From NCBI GenBank assembly GCA_964389015.1, contig CAYMCR010000008.1, positions 312-64,311 of the forward strand: a stretch of 64,000 nucleotides of DNA, read 5' to 3'. The notes below the pieces were generated by a model. The model saw only the letters and a list, made by a program, of their open reading frames with translations. It had not been told where the DNA came from and did not search any database. The number at the start of each line of letters is the position of its first letter. Within the stretch, counting starts at the first letter, position 1. This document shows positions 1 to 9,107 of the stretch, piece by piece. A program made the position numbers and the translations under genes. Origin of the DNA: an uncultured Fibrobacteraceae bacterium (GTDB lineage Bacteria; Krumholzibacteriota; Krumholzibacteriia; LZORAL124-64-63).

Positions 1-69
1 GAAACGGGACTCGAACCCGCGACCCTCAGCTTGGAAGGCTGATGCTCTAGCCAACTGAGCTACTCCCGC
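1..69 (-). tRNA. glyT: tRNA-Gly (anticodon UCC), 3' end truncated by window edge
   Basis: Reverse complement reads GCGGGAGTAGCTCAGTTGGCTAGAGCATCAGCCTTCCAAGCTGAGGGTCGCGGGTTCGAGTCCCGTTTC. The cloverleaf is complete, the anticodon loop is CTTCCAA, and it is closely similar to E. coli glyT. Confidence 0.88.
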
Positions 70-98
70 CCCGATCCTGAAGCCACTCTGTATCGTGT

Positions 99-184
99 TG
101 GTGGCGGGGGATGGATTCGAACCATCGAAGGCATCCGCCGACAGATTTACAGTCTGTTCCCTTTGACCACTCGGGAACCCCGCC
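99..184 (-). tRNA. tyrU: tRNA-Tyr (anticodon GUA), type II long variable arm, CCA encoded
   Basis: Reverse complement GGCGGGGTTCCCGAGTGGTCAAAGGGAACAGACTGTAAATCTGTCGGCGGATGCCTTCGATGGTTCGAATCCATCCCCCGCCACCA aligns almost base-for-base with E. coli tRNA-Tyr. Confidence 0.92.
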
Positions 185-207
185 ACTCATCCTGCACCAC
201 TTGTCGT

Positions 208-284
208 TGGAGCTGGCGAGAGGACTTGAACCCCCAACCACCTCATTACAAGTGAGGAGCTCTACCAATTGAGCTACGCCAGCC
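208..284 (-). tRNA. thrU: tRNA-Thr (anticodon UGU), CCA encoded
   Basis: Reverse complement GCTGGCGTAGCTCAATTGGTAGAGCTCCTCACTTGTAATGAGGTGGTTGGGGGTTCAAGTCCTCTCGCCAGCTCCA. The anticodon loop is CTTGTAA and the acceptor stem is GCTGGCG/CGCCAGC. Confidence 0.9.
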
Positions 285-380
285 CGTTCCTGACGAAATC
301 GTGGACACACGACAGGGAAGAGAGGCGACCGTTTGGCCGCCGCTTTTCTCGATCCCACCATTTTGGGGCGGGCCACGCAA

Positions 381-420
381 TATATATGAGGAAGCTCGCA
401 AGTGTCAAGTTTAAAAAGGC
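381..420 (-). promoter_or_regulatory. sigma70-type promoter of the tRNA operon: -35 TTGACA, 16-nt spacer, -10 TATATA, A/T-rich UP-like tract upstream
   Basis: Minus-strand read is ...cctttttaaacTTGACActtgcgagcttcctcaTATATAttgcg... The -35 box is at 403-408 and the -10 box at 381-386, about 90 nt upstream of the tRNA-Thr 5' end. Confidence 0.6.
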
Positions 421-422
421 AC

Positions 423-1871
423 TCAGGCGGGGCGCACCTGCGTGCCCGAGGCGCCGTCTTCGACCGAGAAGCCCCGCGTCTGGATCTCGTCCCGTAGGGC
501 GTCGGCCGCAGCCCAGTCCTTGCGGGCGCGGGCTGCTTCGCGCTGCGCCGCCATGGCCAGAATCTCGTCCGGAATGCCGGCGACGCCGGTGGCGGTCATG
601 CCGGCCAGGCCGTCCCGATGCAGACCCAGGATGTCCACGGTCTCGACGAAAAGGGTTTGAGCATCCTCAAGGCATTGTATGTCAACGAGTTCATCTCCAG
701 CAGCGCTATAGTACTGGTTGAGATCGCGCACCAGGCCGAACAAGGCCCCAAGGGCGCCGGCCGAGTTGAAATCGTCGTCCATGGCCGCAAAAAAGCGACG
801 TCGGTGGTTACGGACGGCCTTGGTGAGACTCTCGCCCGGTTCGGAAACCAGCCCCTCCGGCACCGGTTCGACACCGGATGCCAGTTTTTCCCGCAGACGC
901 ACCGCGCCACGCACCAATCGGTCCAGGGCGGCCTCGGCCTCGCGCAGACGCTCCTCGCTGTAGTCGATCTGGCTGCGGAAATGGGCGTTCAACAGGTAAA
1001 AGCGGATCACCTCGGGACGGAACTTCGCCAGGACGTCGCCCATGGCGAAGAAATTGCCGTCGGACTTGGACATCTTCTTGTCGCCGAGGAAGAGCAACCC
1101 GTTGTGCAACCAGTAGTTGACGAACTTTTCGCCGGTCCCGCAGCTGCTCTGGGCGCATTCGTTCTCGTGATGCGGGAAGAGCAGGTCGCGTCCGCCGCCG
1201 TGGAAGTCGAAATGGTTGCCGAGGAACTTCGTGGACATGACCGAACACTCGATGTGCCAGCCTGGTCGGCCCCGGCCCCAGGGCGAGTCCCAGCCGGGCT
1301 CGTGCTCCGCGGCGGACTTCCAGAGGGCGAAATCGAGGGGATCTTCTTTGTTGTCACCGACTTCCACGCGCACACCACTGCGCATGTCGTCCACGTGGCG
1401 GCCCGAAAGAAAGCCGTAATCGTCATAGGAACGGACGCGGAAGTAGACGTCGCCGGCGGCCGCATAGGCGTGATCCTTGGCGACGAGTCCCTCGATGAAG
1501 GCGATGATTTCCGGGATGTGGGTCGTCACCAGAGGGTATTCGTGGGCCGGCTGGATGTTGAGCACCTCGGCGTACTCGTGATAGAGCGCGATGTTGCGGT
1601 CGGCCACGACACGGTAGTCGACACTCTCCTCGGCGGCCTTGGCGATGATCTTGTCGTCGATGTCGGTGAAGTTCTGGATGTGCTGGACCTCGTAGCCCAG
1701 GTGCTCCAGGTAGCGGCGCACCATGTCGCAGGCGACGAAGGCGAACATGTGGCCCACGTGCGGCTTGTCCTGGACCGTCATGCCGCAAACGTACATGCCG
1801 ACCTTGCCAGGATGGATCGGTTCGAACTTCCGTCGCGTACGGGCGACGTGGTCGTAAACGTGCAGGGTCAT
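423..1871 (-). CDS. cysS: cysteine--tRNA ligase
   Basis: 482 aa. HVGH (HIGH) and KMSKS motifs, a WHIECS zinc-site motif, and the N-terminus typical of CysRS (MYVCGMTV). Confidence 0.95.
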   Translation of the reverse strand: MTLHVYDHVARTRRKFEPIHPGKVGMYVCGMTVQDKPHVGHMFAFVACDMVRRYLEHLGYEVQHIQNFTDIDDKIIAKAAEESVDYRVVADRNIALYHEYAEVLNIQPAHEYPLVTTHIPEIIAFIEGLVAKDHAYAAAGDVYFRVRSYDDYGFLSGRHVDDMRSGVRVEVGDNKEDPLDFALWKSAAEHEPGWDSPWGRGRPGWHIECSVMSTKFLGNHFDFHGGGRDLLFPHHENECAQSSCGTGEKFVNYWLHNGLLFLGDKKMSKSDGNFFAMGDVLAKFRPEVIRFYLLNAHFRSQIDYSEERLREAEAALDRLVRGAVRLREKLASGVEPVPEGLVSEPGESLTKAVRNHRRRFFAAMDDDFNSAGALGALFGLVRDLNQYYSAAGDELVDIQCLEDAQTLFVETVDILGLHRDGLAGMTATGVAGIPDEILAMAAQREAARARKDWAAADALRDEIQTRGFSVEDGASGTQVRPA

Positions 1872-2917
1872 GCATCTCTCCTGACCGGGCTGTGACGTGT
1901 GCGCTCGCGTGCTCTGCGGACGGCGTCCCGGCAGAGATCGGTCAACAGATCACCGAAACCGATGCCGACCGCCGCCGCCGCTTTGGGCACCAGGCTGTTG
2001 CCCGTCATACCCGGAATTGTGTTTACTTCGAGACAGAAATAAGTAGCTCCATCCAGCCGGAAGTCAATCCTCACGACGCCACGGCAACCGAGCAGATCGT
2101 AGACCCGGCGGGCGTCGCCGCTGATCATCTCGTAGAGGGGCGAGTGCACGGGCGCCGGGCAGAGGTAGTCGCTGGCGCCGTCGGTGTACTTGTGTTCGTA
2201 ATCGTAGAAGCCCTCGCGGGGAACGATCTCCACCAGGGGTAGACGGCGTCCCATGAGGATGGCGGCGGTCAGTTCGCGGCCCGGGACATAGGACTCCAGC
2301 AGGACGCTGTTGCCGTGACGGGCCGCCTCGACAAAGGCGGCAGGGAAACCGGCGACGTCCTCGACCATGCGCACGCCCACGCTCGAACCGTCGGCGTTGG
2401 GCTTGACCACGAGAGGAAAACCGAGCTCGGACGCGGCCCGGTCGCACAGGCGGTCCACGTCCAGCCTTCCCTCGTTGGTCAGACCGGGCCCGCTCGCGGA
2501 AACCGGCCGCGTGCCGGCCCCTTCCCAGCTCACCAGCAACCAGTCGGGCGTGGGGATGCCGGCGCCGCGCAACAGGCGCTTGGTGGCCGATTTATCCATG
2601 GCGACGGCGCTGGACCGCGGACCGGACAAGGCGTAGGTCACGCCCATCAGATCCAGCAGCGCCTGCAGATGCCCGTCTTCACCGTCGCCGCCGTGCAGAG
2701 CCGGAAAGATCACGTCGAAGTCGGCCAGGTCGGTCATGTCCATGACGGCGGGCACGGAGTCGATCACCCTGGCCTCCACGTCGTGACCCGCCGCGGTGAG
2801 AGCCTCGACCGCCGCTTTTCCCGTCGCCAGGGATATGGCCCTCTCCCGGGAATCGCCGCCCATGAGCACGGCGATGCGCAGGGGATCCGCGGTACGGGTT
2901 TCGTTCATGCCCATCAC
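1868..2917 (-). CDS. ddl: D-alanine--D-alanine ligase (start may be the ATG at 2914 overlapping the ispF stop)
   Basis: IAVLMGGDSRERAISL ... HGGDGEDG motifs of an ATP-grasp Ddl. 4-nt overlaps with cysS and ispF. Confidence 0.88.
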   Translation of the reverse strand: MMGMNETRTADPLRIAVLMGGDSRERAISLATGKAAVEALTAAGHDVEARVIDSVPAVMDMTDLADFDVIFPALHGGDGEDGHLQALLDLMGVTYALSGPRSSAVAMDKSATKRLLRGAGIPTPDWLLVSWEGAGTRPVSASGPGLTNEGRLDVDRLCDRAASELGFPLVVKPNADGSSVGVRMVEDVAGFPAAFVEAARHGNSVLLESYVPGRELTAAILMGRRLPLVEIVPREGFYDYEHKYTDGASDYLCPAPVHSPLYEMISGDARRVYDLLGCRGVVRIDFRLDGATYFCLEVNTIPGMTGNSLVPKAAAAVGIGFGDLLTDLCRDAVRRARERTRHSPVRRDA

Positions 2918-3417
2918 TCATCACCTCCGGCAGCAACCGGCGTCAGCATGACCACGGCCTGGGCGGTTACGCACTCGCCCCGCCCCTCGGGTCCGACACC
3001 CTCTCCCCTTGTGGCCTTAACCGAGACCGCGCCCGCCGGTACGCCGAGAGCCCCGGCCAGGGCGGTGCGCATCTCGTCCGCGCGGGGGGCGATGCGCGGC
3101 TGTTCCGTGATCACGGTCGTATCGACGTTGCCGACCCGCCAACCAGCGTCCGCCACCAACCGCGTGGCCCGCACCAGCAGATCCAGGCCCGCGGCGTCCG
3201 CCCAGGCGGGATCGGTATCGGGAAAATGACAACCGATGTCGCCCAGGGCCGCGGCGCCCAGCAGGGCGTCGATCACGGCGTGCGCTACGGCGTCACCGTC
3301 CGAATGACCGACAGGACCGACCGGGCAAGCGGGGAAGTGCACTCCGCCCAAGCGGCAAGCCCTGCCTTCCGACAGGAGATGTCGGTCCCAGCCAAAGCCG
3401 ATCCTCACGACACTCAC
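2914..3417 (-). CDS. ispF: 2-C-methyl-D-erythritol 2,4-cyclodiphosphate synthase
   Basis: 167 aa. IGFGWDRH ... GHSDGDAVAHAVIDALLGAAALGDIG motifs of IspF. Confidence 0.93.
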   Translation of the reverse strand: MSVVRIGFGWDRHLLSEGRACRLGGVHFPACPVGPVGHSDGDAVAHAVIDALLGAAALGDIGCHFPDTDPAWADAAGLDLLVRATRLVADAGWRVGNVDTTVITEQPRIAPRADEMRTALAGALGVPAGAVSVKATRGEGVGPEGRGECVTAQAVVMLTPVAAGGDE

Positions 3418-4334
3418 TCCAGGGAGATGTTGTCCAGTTGAATGACGGTCGTACGTTCCAAGCGACCCAGGAATAATAGCAGACTGTCGATATCGTCCAA
3501 CCGGAATGTCCGCACCGTGACTTCACCCGCCGCGGCGGCGAGATCCATTTCGTAGCGCTGCCATTCACTGTTGATCCGGAAGCTCTCGCTGCACCACACC
3601 GCATCCCGCCGGCTGTCGAAATCGTCCAGACGCACCGAAAGGACGGCCTGTCCGCCGCCGTCGACCCGCGCCTCGAAGACCAGCTTACTGAAACGGCTCC
3701 AGTCGCGGGGCATGCCTTTCAGGAATACGCCCGGCCAGATGTCCTCGGGATCCCCGGTGAAGCTTATCAGACGTCCACCACCGGGACGGTCCACGAAGCG
3801 ACACGATACCTCACGGGCCTCGTTCTCGTTCCACATGAACAGTTCACGATCATCCTCGAAATCGGCCAGCAGGGGAAAGCGTGCGTGGGCCAGGCGTTCA
3901 CCGCGATAATAAGCCGGCATCTCCCGCAGCTGATAGGGCAGGACGGCGAGACCGGCCAGAAAGATCGGAATCGCCCAGCGACGTCCGTATTCTAATCGCA
4001 GCAACAATCCCGCGGCCGACACCACGCCCGCCAGATCCACGCCCGCGTCCTGCAGTCGGGGATGGCGACCGACCAATAGCTGGGGAATTTCGCAGCCCGC
4101 GGCCAATAGGAAGGCCATGGCCGCAGCGGCGCCCAGCCGCCCCTGCAGCGGACCGAAGCGGTGCAATAGCAAAACGAGGCCGAAGGGGAGCCCGAAGTGG
4201 GCGACCACCCCGAACGAGCGCACGATATGAATCCGTTCCAGCTGCCCGGGGATGGGCACCACGAACGGAACCAGCAGCAGCAGGGCGCCCAGCAACCACC
4301 ACCGTGCCTTGACGTGCGCGACCGCCGCGTTCAC
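3414..4334 (-). CDS. VanZ-like membrane protein with C-terminal extracytoplasmic domain of unknown function
   Basis: The N-terminal ~150 aa has four hydrophobic helices and the VanZ-type E..Q...GR.....D...G signature (CEIPQLLVGRHPRLQDAGVDLAG). The C-terminal ~150 aa is not recognisable. 4-nt overlaps on both sides. Confidence 0.55.
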   Translation of the reverse strand: MNAAVAHVKARWWLLGALLLLVPFVVPIPGQLERIHIVRSFGVVAHFGLPFGLVLLLHRFGPLQGRLGAAAAMAFLLAAGCEIPQLLVGRHPRLQDAGVDLAGVVSAAGLLLRLEYGRRWAIPIFLAGLAVLPYQLREMPAYYRGERLAHARFPLLADFEDDRELFMWNENEAREVSCRFVDRPGGGRLISFTGDPEDIWPGVFLKGMPRDWSRFSKLVFEARVDGGGQAVLSVRLDDFDSRRDAVWCSESFRINSEWQRYEMDLAAAAGEVTVRTFRLDDIDSLLLFLGRLERTTVIQLDNISLE

Positions 4335-5704
4335 GAGGTCACCCCGCCGCCGACGCGGCAGATGGAGAACCGGTACTTGCCGTTGGGTTCACGTGGGATG
4401 CTGTCGACGAAACGCAATTCCACCACCAGATCCTCGCCGAGGGCGCTGCGGAAGGACTTGGCGAGCGCGTCCGCGGTCTCCTCGCGCCAGCCCTCGGCGC
4501 GCACCAGGTTCACCACCAGCCGGGAGATCTCCTCCTGGACGACCTGGAGCTGACCGATGCCGCGGTAACGTGTCAGCGTGTTTTCGATCAGGGAGATGCC
4601 GGCCACACGGCTGCCGTCGGCCGCAATGAGAAAATCGGCGACCCGACCGGTGACCGCGCGCAGCAGGGGGTGCGGGCGCCCGCACGTGCAGGGCGCGTCG
4701 TGCATCACGCCGCGGTCTCCCACCTCGTAGCGCAGCATGGGCATGCCGAAGTTGACGAACTCGGTGATCACCAGGCGTCCGTCCTCGCCGGGAGCGCAGG
4801 GCGAACCGTCATCGCGAAGCACCTCGACGGCCACGTGCTCGGCGTTGACATGGAGGCCCTCGTGCCGCTCGCATTCGCAGGCGATGAGGCTCACCTCCTC
4901 GCAGCCATACCTATTGGTGACAGTCCGGGCGAACACGCGCTCGATCACCTCACGCTCGGGCTGGAGCAGCATCATGCTCGTGGCGACGATGCCCGCGGGT
5001 CGGAGCTCGATGCCCATCGCCTCGATCATCTCCGCCAGGAGAAAAATGGAATGGGCGTGACCGTACAACAGACCCGGGCGCATGTGCCGCCAGGCGGCAG
5101 CGAATTCGCGCACCGCCGCCTCGTCCAACCGCATCGTGTCCAGGTAGACGACACGGTCCTTCAGGATGGTGCGCAGGTGATTCCGCCAGCTGACCGGTGC
5201 GGTGGGATTGCCCCAGACCGCCGCGACCGGCTGCCCCAGCCGCCACCCGCTCCAGGTGTCGGCCAGCAGGGCCGCGCCGTTGCGGCGCTGCACGCCACGC
5301 GCGTCGCAGAAGACCAGCAGGGCGGTACCGGTGGAGCCGCCGGTCTTGGCCGGCACCAGTTCGTCACGGCTGTACGCTGCCGAGAGTATCTCGTCCAGGT
5401 TGTCGCGCACTTCGGTCTTGGTCAGCAGGGGCAGGCGCGCCAGGTCGTCGATGGTCCACACCGCAGCGGGATCGAGGCCGGCGTCGGCGAAACGCCGGCG
5501 GTGGAAAGGGGAGGTCGCGACTGCGTGCCGGACGATCCGGTTGAGACGGATCCCGCGCCGCCGTGCCAGGGCGGCGGGAGCGTCGTACTGGTCCAGGGCC
5601 AGGCGGTGGCAGGTGCGCAGGCGCACGCTTCGCTCGTAGAGATCCCAGGCGGGCTCCATGATACGGCCAACGAGCCAGTCCGGCAGGCGTGGCGGCGTGC
5701 TCAT
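4331..5704 (-). CDS. PaaK/CapK-like adenylate-forming enzyme (phenylacetate-CoA ligase / coenzyme F390 synthetase family)
   Basis: 457 aa. TGGSTGTAL P-loop-like AMP-binding motif and the overall PaaK-family length and order. Sits in a polysaccharide gene context. Confidence 0.75.
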   Translation of the reverse strand: MSTPPRLPDWLVGRIMEPAWDLYERSVRLRTCHRLALDQYDAPAALARRRGIRLNRIVRHAVATSPFHRRRFADAGLDPAAVWTIDDLARLPLLTKTEVRDNLDEILSAAYSRDELVPAKTGGSTGTALLVFCDARGVQRRNGAALLADTWSGWRLGQPVAAVWGNPTAPVSWRNHLRTILKDRVVYLDTMRLDEAAVREFAAAWRHMRPGLLYGHAHSIFLLAEMIEAMGIELRPAGIVATSMMLLQPEREVIERVFARTVTNRYGCEEVSLIACECERHEGLHVNAEHVAVEVLRDDGSPCAPGEDGRLVITEFVNFGMPMLRYEVGDRGVMHDAPCTCGRPHPLLRAVTGRVADFLIAADGSRVAGISLIENTLTRYRGIGQLQVVQEEISRLVVNLVRAEGWREETADALAKSFRSALGEDLVVELRFVDSIPREPNGKYRFSICRVGGGVTS

Positions 5705-6843
5705 GTCCGCGGGGTCCAGGTCACCAGCCGCTCACCGCGCAGGAAACGGATCAGCGCATTGCCGGCCGCGCCGTTGAGCAGGCAAAGGTAGAAGGGGAAG
5801 GACAACGGTGGGGGCAGCCGGTGATTTCTAAGCAGCAGGCCGACCAGGGCCAGCGCGTAGAAGACGGCTTGCAGGGCCAAGAGCGCATTCCAGATCGGCG
5901 CCGTCCCGACGAGGATGGCATTGGAGACCAGAGCGCCGAGCTGGAAGATCGGCGCGAGGTACCGCAGCCACTTATGGGAAAAGAGCTGCCAGGAGTAGAA
6001 CCCGTGGCGGAAGGGATTGAGCAGCATCGCCTTGTCCTTCAGGGCGTGCCAGGCGCGCAGGGCCACGCGCGTCCGCATGCGAAACTCGTCCGAGGGGACG
6101 GACAGGCTATCTTCGTAGAGCAGGGCCCGGGGCTGGAAGACGACCCGCAGGTCGCGTTGCACGATGCTGAGCGGCAGGACGAAGTCCGGCTGCTGGTCGT
6201 GCCGCATCGGGGCGTATAGCGAGGCGCGCACGGCGTCGATGCCACCGTCCACACCGACCACCGAGCCGAGCCGGGTCTCCAGTCCGCGCAGCACGTTCTC
6301 GTAACGCATGTAGGCCGAGCAGCCCTCTCCGGTCAGGGAACCGTCGGGTGCCTTGTAGACCATGCGGCCGGTCACATACCCGACCTCGGGATCGGCGAAC
6401 GGCTCGACCAGACGGCGCAGGGCCGACGGGCCGTACAAGGAGTTCGCGTCGGAGAAGACCAGCAGCTCGCCCGAGGCATTCTCCACGGCCAGATTCAGGG
6501 CGGCGGTCTTGCCCGCGCGCGGTTCCTGGCGCAAGAGACGCACCGCGCGGCCCGTCTCGTCGGCCGCCCTCCGGACGATCTCGTCCGTGCCGTCGTCCGA
6601 GGCATCGGAAACGACGATGACCTCGACCCGCTCGGGGGGATAATCCAGCGACAGCTTGTTGCGCAGCGTGCGTTCGATGCAAGCGGCTTCGTTGAAGGCG
6701 GCGATGATGATCGTCACCGTCGGCGTGCCCTCGGCGCCGCGCACGCCACGGTTGCACAGAGCCGCGATCATGGCGCACAAGGCCGGATAACCGGCGTACA
6801 CGTACACCAGCATCAACACGCAGATTGTAAAAACGATCGACAT
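5701..6843 (-). CDS. family 2 glycosyltransferase, membrane-anchored (processive/synthase-like)
   Basis: N-terminal TM helix, then IIIAAFNEA ... VVSDASDDGT (DXD) ... RVALRAW (QxxRW-like). C-terminal TM helices. Confidence 0.85.
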   Translation of the reverse strand: MSIVFTICVLMLVYVYAGYPALCAMIAALCNRGVRGAEGTPTVTIIIAAFNEAACIERTLRNKLSLDYPPERVEVIVVSDASDDGTDEIVRRAADETGRAVRLLRQEPRAGKTAALNLAVENASGELLVFSDANSLYGPSALRRLVEPFADPEVGYVTGRMVYKAPDGSLTGEGCSAYMRYENVLRGLETRLGSVVGVDGGIDAVRASLYAPMRHDQQPDFVLPLSIVQRDLRVVFQPRALLYEDSLSVPSDEFRMRTRVALRAWHALKDKAMLLNPFRHGFYSWQLFSHKWLRYLAPIFQLGALVSNAILVGTAPIWNALLALQAVFYALALVGLLLRNHRLPPPLSFPFYLCLLNGAAGNALIRFLRGERLVTWTPRT

Positions 6844-6858
6844 CCTCGAATCCTATCC

Positions 6859-7956
6859 TCAAACGACTCCGGCCCTGCGCAGCTCCTGTGCATAATGATC
6901 CTGATATTCGTCCACGCAGCTGCTCCAAGTAAAACTCGCCTCGGCGACGGTGCGGGCCCTGAGAGTCAACATCAGTCGGGTCTTGTTCTCCTCCACCAGA
7001 CGCGTCATGGCGCTGGCGAGGGCCGTCACGTTACCAGGCGGTACCAACAAACCCGTCTCGCTGTCACGCACCACTTCCAGGTTTCCGCCGACCGAAGTGG
7101 CCACCACGGCGCAGCCTCGCAACATGTACTCCAATACTGAGTTGCTGAAGCCCTCCGAGTCCGAGCACATCACGCCGACGGCCAGCTTGCCCAGATAGCC
7201 GGGCACGTCGTCGATCCGACCGGCGAACACCGTGCTGCCGGCGATGCCCAGCTCCGCGGCGAGATTCTCATACTCCGATCGCAGCTCGCCGTCCCCGATC
7301 ACGTGGAAAACGACCTCGGGGTGCCGGGTATGCATCTGAGCCGCCGCGCGCAGGAAGAGATCGGTCCTCTTGACGCGCCGGTTGAGATTGCCCACGATCC
7401 CGATCGCAACCTCGGGTTCGAGATGCTCCACGAACTGGTATTCATTCGTATCGACACCATTGTAGACTACCTTAATCCGGGATGGCTCGAGGTGGTCCTT
7501 ACGACACACATGATTCTTCACCGCTTGCGAGTTGGCCATGAACCCCGTCGCTAGCGGATAAGCCCGGCGCATCAGGAATTCCTGTAGCGGCGTTCGCCAG
7601 AAACCCAGGTCCCGGAAGGAGATCAGCCTCACCGGAGCCTTGCCCAGACGGGCGGCCGGCATGGCCAGCAGGGTCGGATCCTGGAAGAACGAGTGGACGA
7701 TGGCCACGCCCTCGGTGGAGATGTGACGGGCGAGACGGCGCACCGACGCCAGGCCCCGGGGCGACATCAGGCGCGACATGTTCAGCTCCAGGCACGGGCA
7801 ATCGACCTCGTCCAGATAATCGCTCGAGGGACGCAAGGTGCAGAGCTGCGGTTGAAAGAGTTCCCTGTCGAGACGGTTGATCAGGCCGACCAGCTGTTTC
7901 TCCGTGCCGCCACGGCCGATACTCTCGATGCAGTATAAAATCTTCTGCGAGGCCAT
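6859..7956 (-). CDS. family 4 (GT-B) glycosyltransferase
   Basis: Start chosen at MASQKILYCIES, preceded by GAGGAGA. C-terminal EGFSNSVLEYMLRGCAVVATSVGGNLEVV is the classic GT4 EX7E region. The upstream 70 codons of the long ORF lack support. Confidence 0.85.
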   Translation of the reverse strand: MASQKILYCIESIGRGGTEKQLVGLINRLDRELFQPQLCTLRPSSDYLDEVDCPCLELNMSRLMSPRGLASVRRLARHISTEGVAIVHSFFQDPTLLAMPAARLGKAPVRLISFRDLGFWRTPLQEFLMRRAYPLATGFMANSQAVKNHVCRKDHLEPSRIKVVYNGVDTNEYQFVEHLEPEVAIGIVGNLNRRVKRTDLFLRAAAQMHTRHPEVVFHVIGDGELRSEYENLAAELGIAGSTVFAGRIDDVPGYLGKLAVGVMCSDSEGFSNSVLEYMLRGCAVVATSVGGNLEVVRDSETGLLVPPGNVTALASAMTRLVEENKTRLMLTLRARTVAEASFTWSSCVDEYQDHYAQELRRAGVV

Positions 7957-8128
7957 TCTCCTCTCACGTCGACGTCCAGGCGCAGTCGGCGCGCGAACAG
8001 ACGGGTCAGTCTGCCACATGGCGACGAGGAGCGGAAGTTGTTTCCCGCTCTCGACAAAACGTACCGGACAGGTTAACTCTGAAAGCGCCGTATACAGCGG
8101 TGAACCACCAAGAAGGATCCACGACGTC

Positions 8129-9013
8129 ATGAACGACACGCCCCTGGTCTCCGTCATCACCGCCACCTACAACATGGGTCGTTACGTGGCCGACACGGTC
8201 GACTCCATCCTGGCGCAGACCCACCCGGCCGTGGAGGTCGTCGTTGTCGACGACGGCTCCACCGACGATACGCCCGCGGTGCTCGCCGGCTATGCCGATG
8301 ACCCGCGCGTGAAAACCGTGCACCAGGACAATGCGGGCCAGACCGTGGCCAAGAATCGGGGCCTCCGGGAAGCGACCGGGGAGTTCGTCGGCTTCTGCGA
8401 TGCGGACGACCTGTGGCGGCCGGACAAGCTGGCGCGGCAGTTGCCGCACTTCGCGGACGAACGCATCGGCGTGGTCTACGGCAATTTCCAATTCATCGAC
8501 GGCGCGGGACAGCCCATCGAGACCGATCGCCCGGCCACTTACAGCGGTCGCATCACGGGCGAACTGCTGGTGGACAACTTCGTCCACTTCCCCACCGCCC
8601 TGGTCAGACGCAGCATCATCGAGCGGGCGGGCGGCTTCGACGAGTCGCTGTCCATGGGCATCGACTTCGACCTCTGGCTGCGCATCTCCGTGGATCACGA
8701 ATTCCTCTACCTGCCCGACATTCTGGTCGATTATCGCATCTGGGCAGGTCAGATGTCCCATCGTACCGGCGAGCGTCTCGACAACGCCTTCAAGCTGATG
8801 CGCCGGTTCCTCGCGAACCACCCGGGCTGCGTAACCGGCGCGCAGAAGCGGAAGGCCTGGGCCCACACCTATGTGTCGCGGGGTCTCTGGAAAACGCGTC
8901 AGGGTGAGCGGGGCGCGGGCACGATCGATCTTGTTCGCGCCTGCGCGCAACGACCCTGGGATCGCCGTCTCTGGACCTCAATCACCAAGCTCTTGCTGGG
9001 ACGCCAGGTATGA
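8129..9013 (+). CDS. family 2 glycosyltransferase
   Basis: VSVITATYNMGRYVADTVDSILAQT ... VVVVDDGSTDDT. Start chosen at ATG 8129 after AGAAGGA. Confidence 0.85.
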   Translation: MNDTPLVSVITATYNMGRYVADTVDSILAQTHPAVEVVVVDDGSTDDTPAVLAGYADDPRVKTVHQDNAGQTVAKNRGLREATGEFVGFCDADDLWRPDKLARQLPHFADERIGVVYGNFQFIDGAGQPIETDRPATYSGRITGELLVDNFVHFPTALVRRSIIERAGGFDESLSMGIDFDLWLRISVDHEFLYLPDILVDYRIWAGQMSHRTGERLDNAFKLMRRFLANHPGCVTGAQKRKAWAHTYVSRGLWKTRQGERGAGTIDLVRACAQRPWDRRLWTSITKLLLGRQV

Positions 9014-9107
9014 CGACGTCGAGCAGGTGACAATTGCCTCCAAAAATGCTATAATCTTGAATCCATCCACGTTCGAACCGTCAATAACAGCGACGAGGCT
9101 TGCACCA

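Noticed and set aside
618-1895. 425-aa plus-strand ORF antisense to cysS (and many similar long antisense ORFs: 10390..11505-, 28168..29793-, 28176..29837+, 33560..35521+, 49443..53288+, 54411..55364-, 59600..60388+)
   Set aside because: High-GC genomes leave long stop-free frames opposite real genes. These ORFs have no recognisable motifs and are Arg/Ala/Gly/Pro-rich low-complexity translations. The overlapping sense-strand genes have strong family signatures.
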